59,344 nucleotides of DNA from Microbacteriaceae bacterium. Lineage in GTDB: Bacteria > Actinomycetota > Actinomycetes > Actinomycetales > Microbacteriaceae. How positions within the stretch are numbered: the first letter of the stretch is position 1; each line of letters begins with the position of its first letter. Shown here one piece after another: positions 20,165-31,035 of the stretch. The DNA lies in NCBI GenBank assembly GCA_046063405.1, contig JBJTMF010000063.1, positions 1-59,344 on the forward strand, given 5' to 3'. The notes under the pieces were generated by a model that saw only the letters and a program-made list of their open reading frames with translations, was not told where the DNA came from and searched no databases. The translations under genes and the position numbers were made by a program.

Positions 20165-20628
20165 CTAGTAACTACGTAACCGCCACAATCGGCACTGGCA
20201 TCTACCTTCACTCCCCCGAAATCGACAGGCACTAAATAGCTGTTGAGTTTTGACTCACACATGGGGTCGGGCAATGCCAGCGAGTTCATTTTTGACTCTT
20301 GCTCGGACGATTGCCGTTGAATAGGCCTACCTGCCTGATCCATTATGGGAAATGCCGATATGTTCACCACTGCGCCGTTTAGAAACAGAACGACGGCTAT
20401 CGATGCCACAGCTATACAAAGGAGGACTCGCTTTCGGTAGGCGTGATGTGCGAGTTTCTTGCGCTGGATTGGCTCTTGAAGCAGTAACTTACCGTTTTGT
20501 ACGTGAACTTGCTGACCTTTTGCTAACTCATTAAGGATGATTTTGCTCGCTCGCAGGCTGATCACCGACAAGCTACTTTTGGCTAGCTGCGTTTCGACGT
20601 GTCGATTTCCCATAGTTGATTGACCCAC
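20155..20628 (-). CDS. Hypothetical single-TM protein
   Basis: Fills the dlaT-lipB gap; basic stretch, hydrophobic segment VLLCIAVASIAVVLFL, then a C-terminal region with two Cys; start uncertain. Confidence 0.55.
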   Translation of the reverse strand: MGQSTMGNRHVETQLAKSSLSVISLRASKIILNELAKGQQVHVQNGKLLLQEPIQRKKLAHHAYRKRVLLCIAVASIAVVLFLNGAVVNISAFPIMDQAGRPIQRQSSEQESKMNSLALPDPMCESKLNSYLVPVDFGGVKVDASADCGGYVVTRKK

Positions 20629-20691
20629 GTCAGCAACACATCAATAGAGGCTCGATCGAAACTGTGCAAAACACCTACTTACAATGGTGAA

Positions 20692-21321
20692 GTGCCAGAG
20701 TTTCTTGAGGCCGGCCTAGATCCGGCATTTGTCGATTACCTTGAGGGCTGGGAATTGCAGCGTAAGTTGCATGCAGAAATCGTTGCCGGCAATCGCCCCG
20801 AGACCGTGGTTCTTCTAGAGCATTCAAGTGTCTATACGGCGGGGAAACGAACAGAAGATATCGAACGACCAAACGACGGAACCCCAGTAATAGATGTTGA
20901 TCGTGGAGGCAAAATCACTTGGCACGGTCCAGGGCAACTTGTTGGGTATCCAATCATGAAGCTACCGCAACCAATTGATGTCGTTGGGTATGTTCGTTGG
21001 CTAGAACAGGTGCTCATCGATACTGTTGCCGAATTTGGCATTTCGGGAGTGCGAGTCGCAGGACGGTCGGGCGTCTGGGTCGAAGTTGGTGATGGATTCG
21101 AAAAGATAGCAGCAATCGGGATCAGAGTCGCCGAACACCACACGATGCATGGCTTCGCACTCAATTGCAATAACTCATTGCAGCCGTATGAAACGATCAT
21201 CGCTTGCGGAATTTCGGACGCAAAGACCACCACGCTATCTACCCTGACTGGCTCTGAAATTACGCCACGCATGGCCGCTGAAGTGATCAAACGTAAACTT
21301 GTAGCTGTAGGCAGGAACTAG
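20692..21321 (+). CDS. lipB: Lipoyl(octanoyl) transferase
   Basis: [40 protein letters not shown]; GTG 20692 lies 6 nt after TACAAT. Confidence 0.95.
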   Translation: MPEFLEAGLDPAFVDYLEGWELQRKLHAEIVAGNRPETVVLLEHSSVYTAGKRTEDIERPNDGTPVIDVDRGGKITWHGPGQLVGYPIMKLPQPIDVVGYVRWLEQVLIDTVAEFGISGVRVAGRSGVWVEVGDGFEKIAAIGIRVAEHHTMHGFALNCNNSLQPYETIIACGISDAKTTTLSTLTGSEITPRMAAEVIKRKLVAVGRN

Positions 21322-21323
21322 AA

Positions 21324-22322
21324 GTGACCGAAGAACAAAAACCAGCTAAGCGAATGTTGCGCATCGAAGCACGTAATGCCGCGGTACCGATTGAACGCAA
21401 GCCCGAGTGGATTAAGACTCGTGCCAAGATGGGCCCCGAGTACCAGTCACTTCAAAAGCTCGTAAAGACCGAAGGCCTGCACACCGTCTGCCAAGAGGCT
21501 GGCTGTCCAAATATTTTCGAGTGCTGGGAAGACCGAGAGGCAACGTTCCTGATTGGCGGCGCTCAATGCACCCGCAGATGTGATTTCTGCCAAATCGATA
21601 CCGGTAAGCCAGAGCCTCTAGACCGTGATGAGCCTCGCCGCGTTGGTGACTCGGTCAAACAGATGCAACTGCGCTATGCGACTGTTACGGGTGTGGCTAG
21701 AGACGATTTAGAGGATGAAGGTGCCTGGCTGTATGCCGAAACCATTCGTCAGATTCACGAGCAGTCGCCGGGCACCGGCGTTGAAATCTTGGTTCCAGAC
21801 TTTTCAGGCAAACCTGAGCTCCTGCAGCAAGTATTTGATGCCAAACCAGAAGTCTTTGCGCACAACGTAGAAACCGTGCCGCGAATTTTCAAGCAGATTC
21901 GTCCAGCGTTCACCTATGAGCGTTCAATGGACGTGATCACGCAGGCTCGCAATGCGGGAATGGTCACAAAGTCGAACCTAATCCTCGGTATGGGTGAAAC
22001 CATCGATGAAATTATCGATGCACTACGCCATCTTCATGAAGCCGGTACCGACATCGTAACTATTACCCAGTACCTTCGACCTACTGTTCGTCACCACCCT
22101 GTTGAACGTTGGGTGAAACCAGAGGAGTTTGTCGAGCTAAAGGAAATCGCCGAAGAGATGGGCTTTCTGGGAGTTCTCAGCGGCCCACTGGTGCGGTCGT
22201 CTTATCGAGCCGGACGCCTTTGGGCATTATCGATGCAGAAGAAGGGATGGCCGATCCCATCCCACCTGCAGCACCTTGCCGACGCGGCGGCTAACGCCGG
22301 ATTTAGCCAGGCAGTCGGTTAG
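21324..22322 (+). CDS. lipA: Lipoyl synthase
   Basis: [12 protein letters not shown] and CTRRCDFC cluster motifs, VRSSY. Confidence 0.97.
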   Translation: MTEEQKPAKRMLRIEARNAAVPIERKPEWIKTRAKMGPEYQSLQKLVKTEGLHTVCQEAGCPNIFECWEDREATFLIGGAQCTRRCDFCQIDTGKPEPLDRDEPRRVGDSVKQMQLRYATVTGVARDDLEDEGAWLYAETIRQIHEQSPGTGVEILVPDFSGKPELLQQVFDAKPEVFAHNVETVPRIFKQIRPAFTYERSMDVITQARNAGMVTKSNLILGMGETIDEIIDALRHLHEAGTDIVTITQYLRPTVRHHPVERWVKPEEFVELKEIAEEMGFLGVLSGPLVRSSYRAGRLWALSMQKKGWPIPSHLQHLADAAANAGFSQAVG

Positions 22323-22331
22323 GCTACTGGA

Positions 22332-23024
22332 ATGGCAAAAAGCACTGAAACAAACAAAGCACCCGGTCGCTGGAAAGAAATTTTCACTCTATTTGGACAA
22401 ACGATCAAGGTCGACAAGCTCGCCTTACCACTAGCACTGCTGGTTGGTCTCGGTTCGCTCGGTGCTGGAATCGCTCTTGGCATCTTTGCTAGCGACAACG
22501 TACTCAGCACCATCATTTACATAGTTCTGGGCGCACTGGCTGCTGTCATGCTTTCGCTAATCGTGATGTCACGCCGAGCAGAGAAGATCGCCTATGGCCG
22601 CATCGAAGGGCAACCGGGTGCTGTCGGCGCCGTAATCTCTTCGGCTGTCAAACGAGGCTGGAGAACTTCGGAGGTTCCCGTTGCTGTGAACCCTCGTACT
22701 CGAGATGCTATTTATCGCTGTGTCGGTGGCGCCGGAGTAGTGCTAATCGCTGAAGGCAGTCGCAACGGCACGAAACTGATTCTTGATGAAGAAGTTAGAA
22801 AGCTAAAGCGTGCAACTCCAGGAGTTACCATCCACGTGTTTTACGTCACCGGAGATGACTCCGGTACTCCCCTGGCTAAGTTGGCTCGCGAAATCCTAAA
22901 ACTCAAGCGGAGCCTAAACCGCGCCGAAGTCAACGCTGTGAATTCGCGTTTGCAGGCGCTCGGAATGAACCTGCCTATTCCTAAGGGAATTGACCCAAAC
23001 CGCATGCGCCCATCCCGTCGCTAA
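22332..23024 (+). CDS. DUF4191 family membrane protein
   Basis: Two TMs, IEGQPGA, terminal PIPKGIDP; sits between lipA and glnA. Confidence 0.88.
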   Translation: MAKSTETNKAPGRWKEIFTLFGQTIKVDKLALPLALLVGLGSLGAGIALGIFASDNVLSTIIYIVLGALAAVMLSLIVMSRRAEKIAYGRIEGQPGAVGAVISSAVKRGWRTSEVPVAVNPRTRDAIYRCVGGAGVVLIAEGSRNGTKLILDEEVRKLKRATPGVTIHVFYVTGDDSGTPLAKLAREILKLKRSLNRAEVNAVNSRLQALGMNLPIPKGIDPNRMRPSRR

Positions 23025-23027
23025 AGT

Positions 23028-23064
23028 TTTACATTCACGAAACATTAGGTGACAGGGCTCAAAC
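23028..23064 (+). promoter_or_regulatory. Tandem GlnR boxes upstream of glnA1
   Basis: TTTAC-n6-GAAAC-n5-GTGAC-n6-CAAAC resembles the gTnAc-n6-GaAAc / AC-n9-AC consensus; candidate -10 TAAACT at 23076-23081. Confidence 0.75.
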
Positions 23065-23143
23065 AAACTCGCGGGTAAACTTTCAGTAACGGCTTCGACG
23101 ATGTGCCGGAAAATCCAATCCATTTTTGAAAGGGCATACCCCT

Positions 23144-24568
23144 ATGTTCAAGACAGCTTCTGAGGTCGTGAAGTTCATTAAGGACAACGACGTCAAGTTC
23201 CTTGATGTGCGTTTCACCGATCTTCCAGGTGTACAGCAGCACTTCAACCTCCCAGCAGCCATGATTGACGAGCAGTTCTTCGTCGATGGCCAGCTTTTCG
23301 ATGGTTCGTCGATCCGCGGCTTCGCCTCGATTCACGAATCGGACATGCAGCTGATTCCAGATGTAACCACCGCCTACCTTGACGCGTTCCGTGTTGAGAA
23401 GACTCTGGTCATGCTGTTCGACATCTACAACCCACGTAACGGTGAGGTTTACGGCCGTGACCCACGTCAGACCGCCAAGAAGGCCGAGGCATACCTCGCG
23501 TCGACCGGCATCGCCGACACCGCGTTCTTCGCCCCAGAAGCAGAGTTCTTCATCTTTGATGACGTGCGATACGAATACAAGCAGAACGGCTCGATGCATT
23601 TCGTCGACAGCTCTGAAGCCGCTTGGAACTCAGCCCGTGAAGAAGAAGGCGGAAACCTCGCCAACAAGACTCCTTACAAGGGTGGTTACTTCCCAGTTTC
23701 GCCAGTTGACCAGCACGCAGACATGCGCGACCAGATCGTTCTCGAACTCGAGGCCGTTGGTCTAGCTGTTGAACGCAGCCACCACGAAGTTGGAACCGCC
23801 GGTCAGGGTGAAATCAACTACCGCTTCGACACTCTGGTCAAGGCAGCAGATGACATTCTGAAGTTCAAGTACGTAGTGAAGAACGTTGCCCACGCATTCG
23901 GTAAGACTGCAACCTTCATGCCGAAGCCGCTATTCGGCGACAACGGTTCGGGTATGCACGTTCACCAGTCGCTCTGGAAAGACGGCAAGCCATTGTTCTA
24001 CGACGAGAGTGGTTACGGTGGCCTAAGCGATCTTGCTCGCTGGTACATCGGTGGAATCCTGAAGCACGCACCTTCGCTGCTTGCCTGGACCAACCCAACT
24101 GTGAACTCCTACCACCGTTTGGTTCCGGGCTTCGAAGCTCCAGTAAACCTCGTTTACTCGGCGGGTAACCGTTCGGCTGCGATCCGTATCCCAATGACCG
24201 GAACCAACCCGAAGGCCAAGCGCATCGAGTTCCGTGCACCTGACGCCTCGAGCAACCCATACTTTGCTTTCGCAGCGATGTTGATGGCCGGTCTCGATGG
24301 AATCAAGAACCGCATCGAGCCACACGAGCCAGTAGACAAGGACCTCTACGAGCTTCCTGCTGAAGAGGCTAAGAACATTCCACAGGTTCCAGGCAACCTT
24401 GAGGACGTTCTGAAGGCTCTTGAGGCTGACCACGACTACCTTCTAGCGGGAGATGTGTTCACCAAGGACCTCATCGAGACCTGGGTTGACTACAAGCGCG
24501 AGAAGGAAATCAAGCCTCTTGCTCTTCGTCCACACCCATACGAGTTCGAGCTGTACTACGGCGTCTAA
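23144..24568 (+). CDS. glnA: Glutamine synthetase type I-beta
   Basis: [36 protein letters not shown], adenylylation site DKDLYEL. Confidence 0.97.
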   Translation: MFKTASEVVKFIKDNDVKFLDVRFTDLPGVQQHFNLPAAMIDEQFFVDGQLFDGSSIRGFASIHESDMQLIPDVTTAYLDAFRVEKTLVMLFDIYNPRNGEVYGRDPRQTAKKAEAYLASTGIADTAFFAPEAEFFIFDDVRYEYKQNGSMHFVDSSEAAWNSAREEEGGNLANKTPYKGGYFPVSPVDQHADMRDQIVLELEAVGLAVERSHHEVGTAGQGEINYRFDTLVKAADDILKFKYVVKNVAHAFGKTATFMPKPLFGDNGSGMHVHQSLWKDGKPLFYDESGYGGLSDLARWYIGGILKHAPSLLAWTNPTVNSYHRLVPGFEAPVNLVYSAGNRSAAIRIPMTGTNPKAKRIEFRAPDASSNPYFAFAAMLMAGLDGIKNRIEPHEPVDKDLYELPAEEAKNIPQVPGNLEDVLKALEADHDYLLAGDVFTKDLIETWVDYKREKEIKPLALRPHPYEFELYYGV

Positions 24569-24578
24569 CCCAAATATC

Positions 24579-24615
24579 AAAAAGAACCCCATCGGTTTCG
24601 GTGGGGTTCTTTTTT
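24579..24615. terminator. Bidirectional intrinsic terminator between glnA and glnE
   Basis: AAAAA-GAACCCCATCG...CGGTGGGGTTC-TTTTTT. Confidence 0.88.
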
Positions 24616-24616
24616 C

Positions 24617-27604
24617 TTAACTGCCGTAAAACAGGCGTTCGAAAACCATTCTCGATCGCCGCGTGAAGGCCAAGTAATCCTGTTCGAGAGCGCTAGCACT
24701 GTGCGGAGGATATTCGAGGATGCGTGCCATGCCCTCGAGCGCACGTCGATCGTTAGGTAGCACGTCGCTTCTCTTGTTAGCCCATAAAACTGAAGCCGAC
24801 CGCACCCGTGACGCGAGCACCCAGGCTTCGCGCAAGACTCTGGCATCGTGCGGGTCAATTAGAGCCGCAGTCACGCAGGCCTCCAAAGCCTGAAGAGTCT
24901 TTGGTGTGCGTATGTTTTCATGAACGTAACCATGCTCGAGCTGCATGACTTGCACCAGCCACTCGACATCGGAAAGTGACCCGCGGCCAAGCTTAAGATG
25001 CCGCTTGGGGTCTGCACCCTGGGGCAAACGCTCGGTTTCCACCCGTGCTTTAATCCGTCGGATTTCGATGATTGCCTTTGCATCGAGTTTTACCGGATAC
25101 CGGTACCCGTCGATCAATTTCTCAAAGTCAGAACTCAGTGAATCAGAACCAGCGATGACCCGCGCCCGCAATAGAGCCTGAGACTCCCAGGTGTTAGCCC
25201 AACGTTCGTAGTAAGCCGCGTAAGAGTCGAGCGAACGGGCGATTGGTCCATTCTTTCCCTCCGGCCGAAGATCTAGATCCAACTCGAATTCGAGTACTGG
25301 ATCTGCCGCCAGCCGGCGTAGTTCCGAAATGACACGCTCGGCTGATTTTTGTGCGGAGTCTCCGTCGGCCTTCAGCGCTCGGTAAACGAACATGACATCG
25401 GCATCGCTACCGAACCCTAGTTCTCCACCACCAAATCGCCCCATCGCGACCAAAGCAATCTCGAGCTCTTCGCGCAAATCTCCCGCAGCCCCGGATTCCA
25501 TAAGCAATTTCAAGAAAGCCTTCAGGTAGACCTCAAATAACTGCGTAAGCCCGTCCTCAAGTTGGTCGAGCTTGAGATTGCCCACCACGGCACCTAAAGC
25601 CAGTCGAAGAGTTTCTCGACGCCTAATTCCTCGAAGCGTTGACGCTGCTTTTTCGATGTCCTCGTGGCGTTCGAGAATGGCCTCGGTCTCAGCCTGGAGT
25701 TCACCAACGGCGCGAGGTTCCAAGTCTTCAACGCTTTCCAGCCAAGCCGCTGCTTCGGGTATGCGCTCGAAAAGTGAGGTGGCAAGTCGACTGAGTGAGA
25801 GCACTGTGCTCAAACGCTGTGCCGCTCCCGATGAGTCTCGGAGCATTTTTAAGAACCATGGCGAATCCCCTAGGTCTTCACTCAGCCTTCGAAATGAAAG
25901 TAGCGCTATGTCAGGTTCTGACCCCTCTGCAAACCATTGAAGCAGCACCGGAAGCAGAGACTTCTGGATAGCGGCTCTACGCGAAAGACCCGATGTAAGC
26001 GCTTGGATGTGGCGCAGGGCAGCTCCCGGATCTAAGAATCCGATGGCCCGAAGGCGATCTTCCGCTTGGTCACTAGAAAGTGCTAGCTCGTTTTCCTCAA
26101 GCTTGGCAACAGCCGACAGAAGTGGGCGGTAGAAAACTTTCTGGTGCAGTGAACGCACTTCCGATTTGACGGACTCCCATGCTTTGAGGAGCTCTTCAGC
26201 CGTTCTAAAACCAGTTGCTCTCGCCAGCGCTCGAAGAGCAGCATCAGAGGTTGGCATCAGGTGGGTGCGACGCATCCCCGACAGTTGGATGCGATGCTCA
26301 AGCAGCCTCAGAAACCGATAGTGCCGATCAAAACTAATTGCATCTTCGCGTGCGATGTAACCTGCGTCACGCAGGACGCGGATGCCGGAAAGAGTATCTC
26401 GCACCCTCACCGATTCATCGGTGCGGCCGTGAACGAGTTGCAGGAGTTGAACGGTGAATTCGATGTCACGCAATCCACCAGGCCCTAGCTTGATTTGTCT
26501 GGAAACCTCATCCGTTGGAATGTATTCCATGACACGTTCGCGCATCTTCTGAGCCGATTCGACGAAGCCTTCTCTGCCTGAGGATGTCCAAACAAGAGCT
26601 TGCGTACTCTCGACGTAGGCGAAACCGAGCTGCTTGTCTCCCGCCACCGGGCGAGCCTTAAGTAAAGCCTGGAATTCCCAGTTTTGCGCCCAGCGATCGT
26701 AATAAGCCAAATGGGATTCTAGCGTGCGAACAAGTGCGCCTGACTTGCCCTCAGGCCTCAAATTGGGATCTACCTGCCAAAGTGCTGGCTCGGTGGAATT
26801 CGCATCCAAGGCGCGCATCATGCGGGTCACCAACTTGGTCGCAATTTCGAGTGCGCGTTCAACGCTTGTACTCGACCCCGCGGAATCTGCCACAAAAATC
26901 ACATCCACGTCGCTGATGTAGTTCAGCTCGCGTGCTCCACATTTACCCATGGCAAGAACCGCCACAGATGTGTCGTCAACTTCTGTTTGAGTGAAATACC
27001 CATGCTCGCTGGTGCGCACCAATTCGAGGCGTGCCAAGCTGAGCGCGGCATCAAGAGCGGCACCAGCCATGTCAGCTAGGTGTGCAGAAACCACAGGGAA
27101 CTGTACTAGCGGATCTTCGGCACTAACATCGAACGCGCTAACGCGCAGCAGCTCCTCACGATAGGCAAGCCTGATGGCGTTCCAAGCTAGTTCGGCTTGT
27201 CCCTGGGTCTCGAAAGCACGAATCGCTCTATCCGTGAAAATCTTGGTCATTGACTCAAGAGATGGCAGCTCGCGTTGAGACTTCTCAAAAACAGAAAGTA
27301 GAGCAGGAGCTCTCCGGAGTAGGTCAATGAGCGCAGACGAGGCGCCGATCGTCATAATCAGTCGCTGAGCACTCTCTGGCTGCTTAAGCAACTTCTTAAG
27401 CTGAGGAAGACTTGTCTCGCACAGGTCTAGTAAACCGTTCAGTGCTTGATCTGGGTTGGCTGATTTAGACAACCAGGCGAACGCTGAACGACCAGCATCG
27501 CCCACTTCGGCGACGAGCTTATCGAGCTTAGGAAGGGTTGATTCTAGATCGACGAAACCCAGTTTGGCTAGCTCGGTTAGTCCCAAGCCTTTGGCATCCG
27601 CCAT
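24617..27604 (-). CDS. glnE: Glutamine synthetase adenylyltransferase/adenylyl-removing enzyme
   Basis: Two nucleotidyltransferase domains (MGKCGARELNYISDVD; MGRFGGGELGFGSDAD), LRPEG twice, KLGPGGLRDIEF. Confidence 0.96.
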   Translation of the reverse strand: MADAKGLGLTELAKLGFVDLESTLPKLDKLVAEVGDAGRSAFAWLSKSANPDQALNGLLDLCETSLPQLKKLLKQPESAQRLIMTIGASSALIDLLRRAPALLSVFEKSQRELPSLESMTKIFTDRAIRAFETQGQAELAWNAIRLAYREELLRVSAFDVSAEDPLVQFPVVSAHLADMAGAALDAALSLARLELVRTSEHGYFTQTEVDDTSVAVLAMGKCGARELNYISDVDVIFVADSAGSSTSVERALEIATKLVTRMMRALDANSTEPALWQVDPNLRPEGKSGALVRTLESHLAYYDRWAQNWEFQALLKARPVAGDKQLGFAYVESTQALVWTSSGREGFVESAQKMRERVMEYIPTDEVSRQIKLGPGGLRDIEFTVQLLQLVHGRTDESVRVRDTLSGIRVLRDAGYIAREDAISFDRHYRFLRLLEHRIQLSGMRRTHLMPTSDAALRALARATGFRTAEELLKAWESVKSEVRSLHQKVFYRPLLSAVAKLEENELALSSDQAEDRLRAIGFLDPGAALRHIQALTSGLSRRAAIQKSLLPVLLQWFAEGSEPDIALLSFRRLSEDLGDSPWFLKMLRDSSGAAQRLSTVLSLSRLATSLFERIPEAAAWLESVEDLEPRAVGELQAETEAILERHEDIEKAASTLRGIRRRETLRLALGAVVGNLKLDQLEDGLTQLFEVYLKAFLKLLMESGAAGDLREELEIALVAMGRFGGGELGFGSDADVMFVYRALKADGDSAQKSAERVISELRRLAADPVLEFELDLDLRPEGKNGPIARSLDSYAAYYERWANTWESQALLRARVIAGSDSLSSDFEKLIDGYRYPVKLDAKAIIEIRRIKARVETERLPQGADPKRHLKLGRGSLSDVEWLVQVMQLEHGYVHENIRTPKTLQALEACVTAALIDPHDARVLREAWVLASRVRSASVLWANKRSDVLPNDRRALEGMARILEYPPHSASALEQDYLAFTRRSRMVFERLFYGS

Positions 27605-27609
27605 TTGAG

Positions 27610-28947
27610 TTAGAGGGTTTCTAGATTCTGCTTGAGTTCAAAAGGAGTGACCTGCGAACGGTACTCACTCCACTCGCGACGCTTGTTGGCCAACACGTAG
27701 GAGAAGACCTCTTCGCCGAGAGTTTCAGCTGCCAGCTCGCTTTCTTCGAGTTTGCGAACTGCGTGATCGAGGCTCTGTGGGAGCGGCTGAATACCCATAG
27801 CGCGGCGCTCTGAATCGGTCAGGCTCCAGACGTTGTCCTCAGTTTCGGAAGGAAGTTCATATTCATTTTCAATGCCTTTAAGTCCTGCAGAAAGCAGCAA
27901 GGCGTATGCGAGGTAAGGGTTCGCCGCAGAGTCGATAGCACGGTACTCGATTCGCGAAGATTGACCTTTTTCTGGCTTATAAAGAGGCACACGGATCAAC
28001 GCCGAGCGGTTGTTGTGACCCCAGCAAACGAAAGATGGTGCTTCTCCACCACCCCAGAGGCGCTTGTAGGAGTTGACGTACTGGTTAGTTACCGCGGTAA
28101 TTTCAGCGGCGTGACGCAACAACCCAGCGATGAAGTGTTTAGCAGTCTTCGAGAGGTGATACTGGCCACTTGGGTCAAAGAAGGCATTGGTGTCGCCTTC
28201 AAAAAGTGACATGTGGGTGTGCATACCCGAACCAGGATGTTCGGTGAACGGCTTAGGCATAAAGGTTGCATAGACGCCCTGTTCGATGGCAACTTCTTTG
28301 ATCACAGTGCGGAAGGTCATAATGTTGTCTGCCATGGTGAGAGCATCCGCGTAACGAAGGTCGATTTCGTTTTGGCCTGGGCCGCCTTCGTGGTGACTGA
28401 ACTCCACCGAGATACCAAGTTGTTCCAACATCGAAACCGCACGGCGACGGAAGTCGTGCGCGGTTCCACCTGGCACGTTGTCAAAGTAACCAGCTTTGTC
28501 TACCGGTACTGGTCCTTCTGGCCCAATCTGCGAAGACTTGAGCAGATAAAACTCGATTTCTGGGTGGATGTAGAAGCTAAAACCCATGTCGCTTGCCTTA
28601 GCCAACGCACGGCGAAGAACGTTTCGGGGATCGGCAGCTGCCGGCTGCCCATCTGGGGTTTGAATGTCGCAAAACATGCGGGCCGTCGGATCGATCTCGC
28701 CACGCCAAGGAAGTATCTGGAAGGTGCTTGGATCTGGGCAGGCGAGCATGTCTGCTTCGTAAGTGCGTGCAAGACCTTCGATCGCGCTACCGTCGAACCC
28801 GATTCCCTCAGCGAATGCGCCTTCAATTTCGGCCGGTGCGATGGCTACAGACTTCAGGGTTCCGGCCACATCGGTGAACCACAGCCGTACAAATTTAACG
28901 CTGCGTTCCTCAATGGTTCTCAGTACGAAGTCGCGCTGCTTGTCCAT
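27610..28947 (-). CDS. glnA2: Glutamine synthetase type I-alpha-like GlnA2
   Basis: MDKQRDFVLRTIEER N-terminus, GFDGSAIEG, HHEGGPGQNE, ATFMPKP, GSGMHTH; upstream of glnE. Confidence 0.92.
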   Translation of the reverse strand: MDKQRDFVLRTIEERSVKFVRLWFTDVAGTLKSVAIAPAEIEGAFAEGIGFDGSAIEGLARTYEADMLACPDPSTFQILPWRGEIDPTARMFCDIQTPDGQPAAADPRNVLRRALAKASDMGFSFYIHPEIEFYLLKSSQIGPEGPVPVDKAGYFDNVPGGTAHDFRRRAVSMLEQLGISVEFSHHEGGPGQNEIDLRYADALTMADNIMTFRTVIKEVAIEQGVYATFMPKPFTEHPGSGMHTHMSLFEGDTNAFFDPSGQYHLSKTAKHFIAGLLRHAAEITAVTNQYVNSYKRLWGGGEAPSFVCWGHNNRSALIRVPLYKPEKGQSSRIEYRAIDSAANPYLAYALLLSAGLKGIENEYELPSETEDNVWSLTDSERRAMGIQPLPQSLDHAVRKLEESELAAETLGEEVFSYVLANKRREWSEYRSQVTPFELKQNLETL

Positions 28948-28987
28948 CGAAAAGATCCTCTCTCTACCTCCTACTAGGCTAGTCGTT

Positions 28988-30640
28988 ATGCCGAATGTTC
29001 GCTTAGCCATGGTGCAAACCAACCCCACGGTTGGAGACATTTCGGGCAATCTTGTTCAGATTCTAAACGCTTGCCAAGAATCAGCCAAAGCTGGCGCAAC
29101 CCTCGTGGTTACCGGCGAAATGGCACTGACCGGGTATCCGATTGAAGATTTGGCAACTCGAGCAAGTTTCGTTGCAAGCGCCGAGTCTGCCGTTCAGCTT
29201 CTTGCAGAACGATTGCAGAGTGCAGGACTTGGAGCGCTAACCGTGGTGGTTGGTCACCCGAAGATCGCCAAAGATGCGCAACAATCCGGCTGGGCTATTG
29301 CAAATAACTACGCATCCGTGGTCGAAAACGGCAAGGTTGTTGGCGGATATGCGAAACATCACCTGCCGAACTATTCGGTGTTCGATGAGTACCGAAATTT
29401 CGTAGCCGGCGAATCACCGTTCAGCTTTGAACATCATGGTCTGCGCGTTGGCATTCTGATTTGTGAAGACATTTGGCAACGAGGCTCGGTTGTCGAATCG
29501 CTCGACGCTCAGGCATGCGACTTGACCCTCGTGCTCAATGGTTCTCCATTCGAAATCGACAAAGACGATCGGCGACTCAGCCTCACTCAAGACCTAGCAA
29601 AGCGGCACGATACACACGTCGCGTACGTGAATCTCGTGGGTGGCCAGGATGATTTGGTATTTGATGGCGGTAGCTTCGTGGTTGACCGGCACGGCAATCT
29701 AGTCGACCAAGCTGAGCAGTTCAAAGAAGCTCAGCGCATTCTCGATGTGTCCAAGGAAACCGTAACTCCGCTTCAGCCGGCGACGGCTACCGAGACATCA
29801 ACCGATTGGCAAATCTGGAACGCGCTGGTACTTGGTCTCAGGGACTACTGCAACAAGAACGGTTTCAAAAGCGTTGTGCTAGGTCTATCCGGTGGTATCG
29901 ATTCGGCTGTATGTGCAACTCTGGCGGCCGACGCCATTGGTGCAACCAACGTCTACGGAGTCTCCCTCCCAAGCAAATATTCGAGTGATCACTCAAAGGG
30001 TGATGCAGAAGATCTGGCCGAGCGGCTGGGGCTTAATTTCTCGACTGTCGCGATTGAACCGATGGTTCAAGCATTTGAAACCAATCTAGATCTAGGTGGA
30101 GTTGCTAGCGAAAACCTACAGGCGCGCGTTCGCGGTGTCATCCTGATGGGGCTTAGTAATTCCGATGGGCACCTAACGCTAACCACGGGCAACAAGACCG
30201 AGTTAGCAGTGGGCTACAGCACGATTTATGGCGACTCGGTTGGAGGATTCGCACCGATCAAAGACGTTGAGAAAACCCTGGTCTGGCGTCTAGCGAAGTG
30301 GCGCAACGAATTTGCACTCGAGCAAGGTCAGGTTGCTCCGATTCCCGAGAATTCGATTTTGAAACCACCATCGGCAGAGCTACGCCCCGATCAAACCGAT
30401 CAGGACACGCTCCCGGAGTATGAGTTACTCGATGAAATTCTTAGGCTCTACGTGGGCAAGCAAGAATCCGCGGCTCAAATCATTTCCCACGGTTTTGATT
30501 CCGCGGTGGTCAACCGCATCGTTTCGCTTGTTGACAGAGCCGAATGGAAACGTCGCCAAAGTGCAATCGGACCTAAAATCACAGGGATGGCTTTCGGTCG
30601 CGACCGACGCCTGCCAGTAACTAACAAGAGCAAGGAGTAG
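28988..30640 (+). CDS. nadE: Glutamine-dependent NAD+ synthetase
   Basis: Nitrilase domain (E, K, ICED) fused to GLSGGIDS, ENLQAR, TGNKTE, PSAEL. Confidence 0.96.
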   Translation: MPNVRLAMVQTNPTVGDISGNLVQILNACQESAKAGATLVVTGEMALTGYPIEDLATRASFVASAESAVQLLAERLQSAGLGALTVVVGHPKIAKDAQQSGWAIANNYASVVENGKVVGGYAKHHLPNYSVFDEYRNFVAGESPFSFEHHGLRVGILICEDIWQRGSVVESLDAQACDLTLVLNGSPFEIDKDDRRLSLTQDLAKRHDTHVAYVNLVGGQDDLVFDGGSFVVDRHGNLVDQAEQFKEAQRILDVSKETVTPLQPATATETSTDWQIWNALVLGLRDYCNKNGFKSVVLGLSGGIDSAVCATLAADAIGATNVYGVSLPSKYSSDHSKGDAEDLAERLGLNFSTVAIEPMVQAFETNLDLGGVASENLQARVRGVILMGLSNSDGHLTLTTGNKTELAVGYSTIYGDSVGGFAPIKDVEKTLVWRLAKWRNEFALEQGQVAPIPENSILKPPSAELRPDQTDQDTLPEYELLDEILRLYVGKQESAAQIISHGFDSAVVNRIVSLVDRAEWKRRQSAIGPKITGMAFGRDRRLPVTNKSKE

Positions 30641-30642
30641 CA

Positions 30643-31035
30643 GTGGCCGCAGACCGACTTATTTCATCCGGAGGACCTTGGGAGGCCGTGATTGGCTACT
30701 CACGGGCAGTCGTAGCTGGTGAATACGTTCACGTCTCAGGCTCGACCGCCACCGTGGATGGTGAACTTCAGCACGCGGGCGATGCCTACAACCAGACGCT
30801 AACGGCTTTCAAGGTAATCGAGTCGGCACTTGCTCAAGCCAGCTACACACTCGAGGATGTAGTGCGAACCAGGGTCTACCTTGCCAATGCTGAAGACATG
30901 GACGCGGTCGCAAAGGCACACGGAGAACTCTTCTCAACAATTCGACCAGCCGCAACGATGTTAGCCGGGCTAAAATTCATCAACCCGGCAATGCTGGTTG
31001 AGATTGAAGTAGACGCTTGGAAGCGAGCAGAGTGA
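30643..31035 (+). CDS. RidA/YjgF family protein
   Basis: [30 protein letters not shown]. Confidence 0.9.
   Translation: MAADRLISSGGPWEAVIGYSRAVVAGEYVHVSGSTATVDGELQHAGDAYNQTLTAFKVIESALAQASYTLEDVVRTRVYLANAEDMDAVAKAHGELFSTIRPAATMLAGLKFINPAMLVEIEVDAWKRAE

Noticed and set aside
23144-28947. Two glutamine synthetase genes flanking glnE
   Set aside because: Standard actinobacterial glnA1 / glnE-glnA2 arrangement
28763-29049. Apparent head-to-head overlap of nadE and glnA2, and likewise ahpE and aceE at 39149-39516
   Set aside because: Artefact of longest-ORF calling; family N-termini give non-overlapping starts (28947 and 28988; 39243 and 39371)
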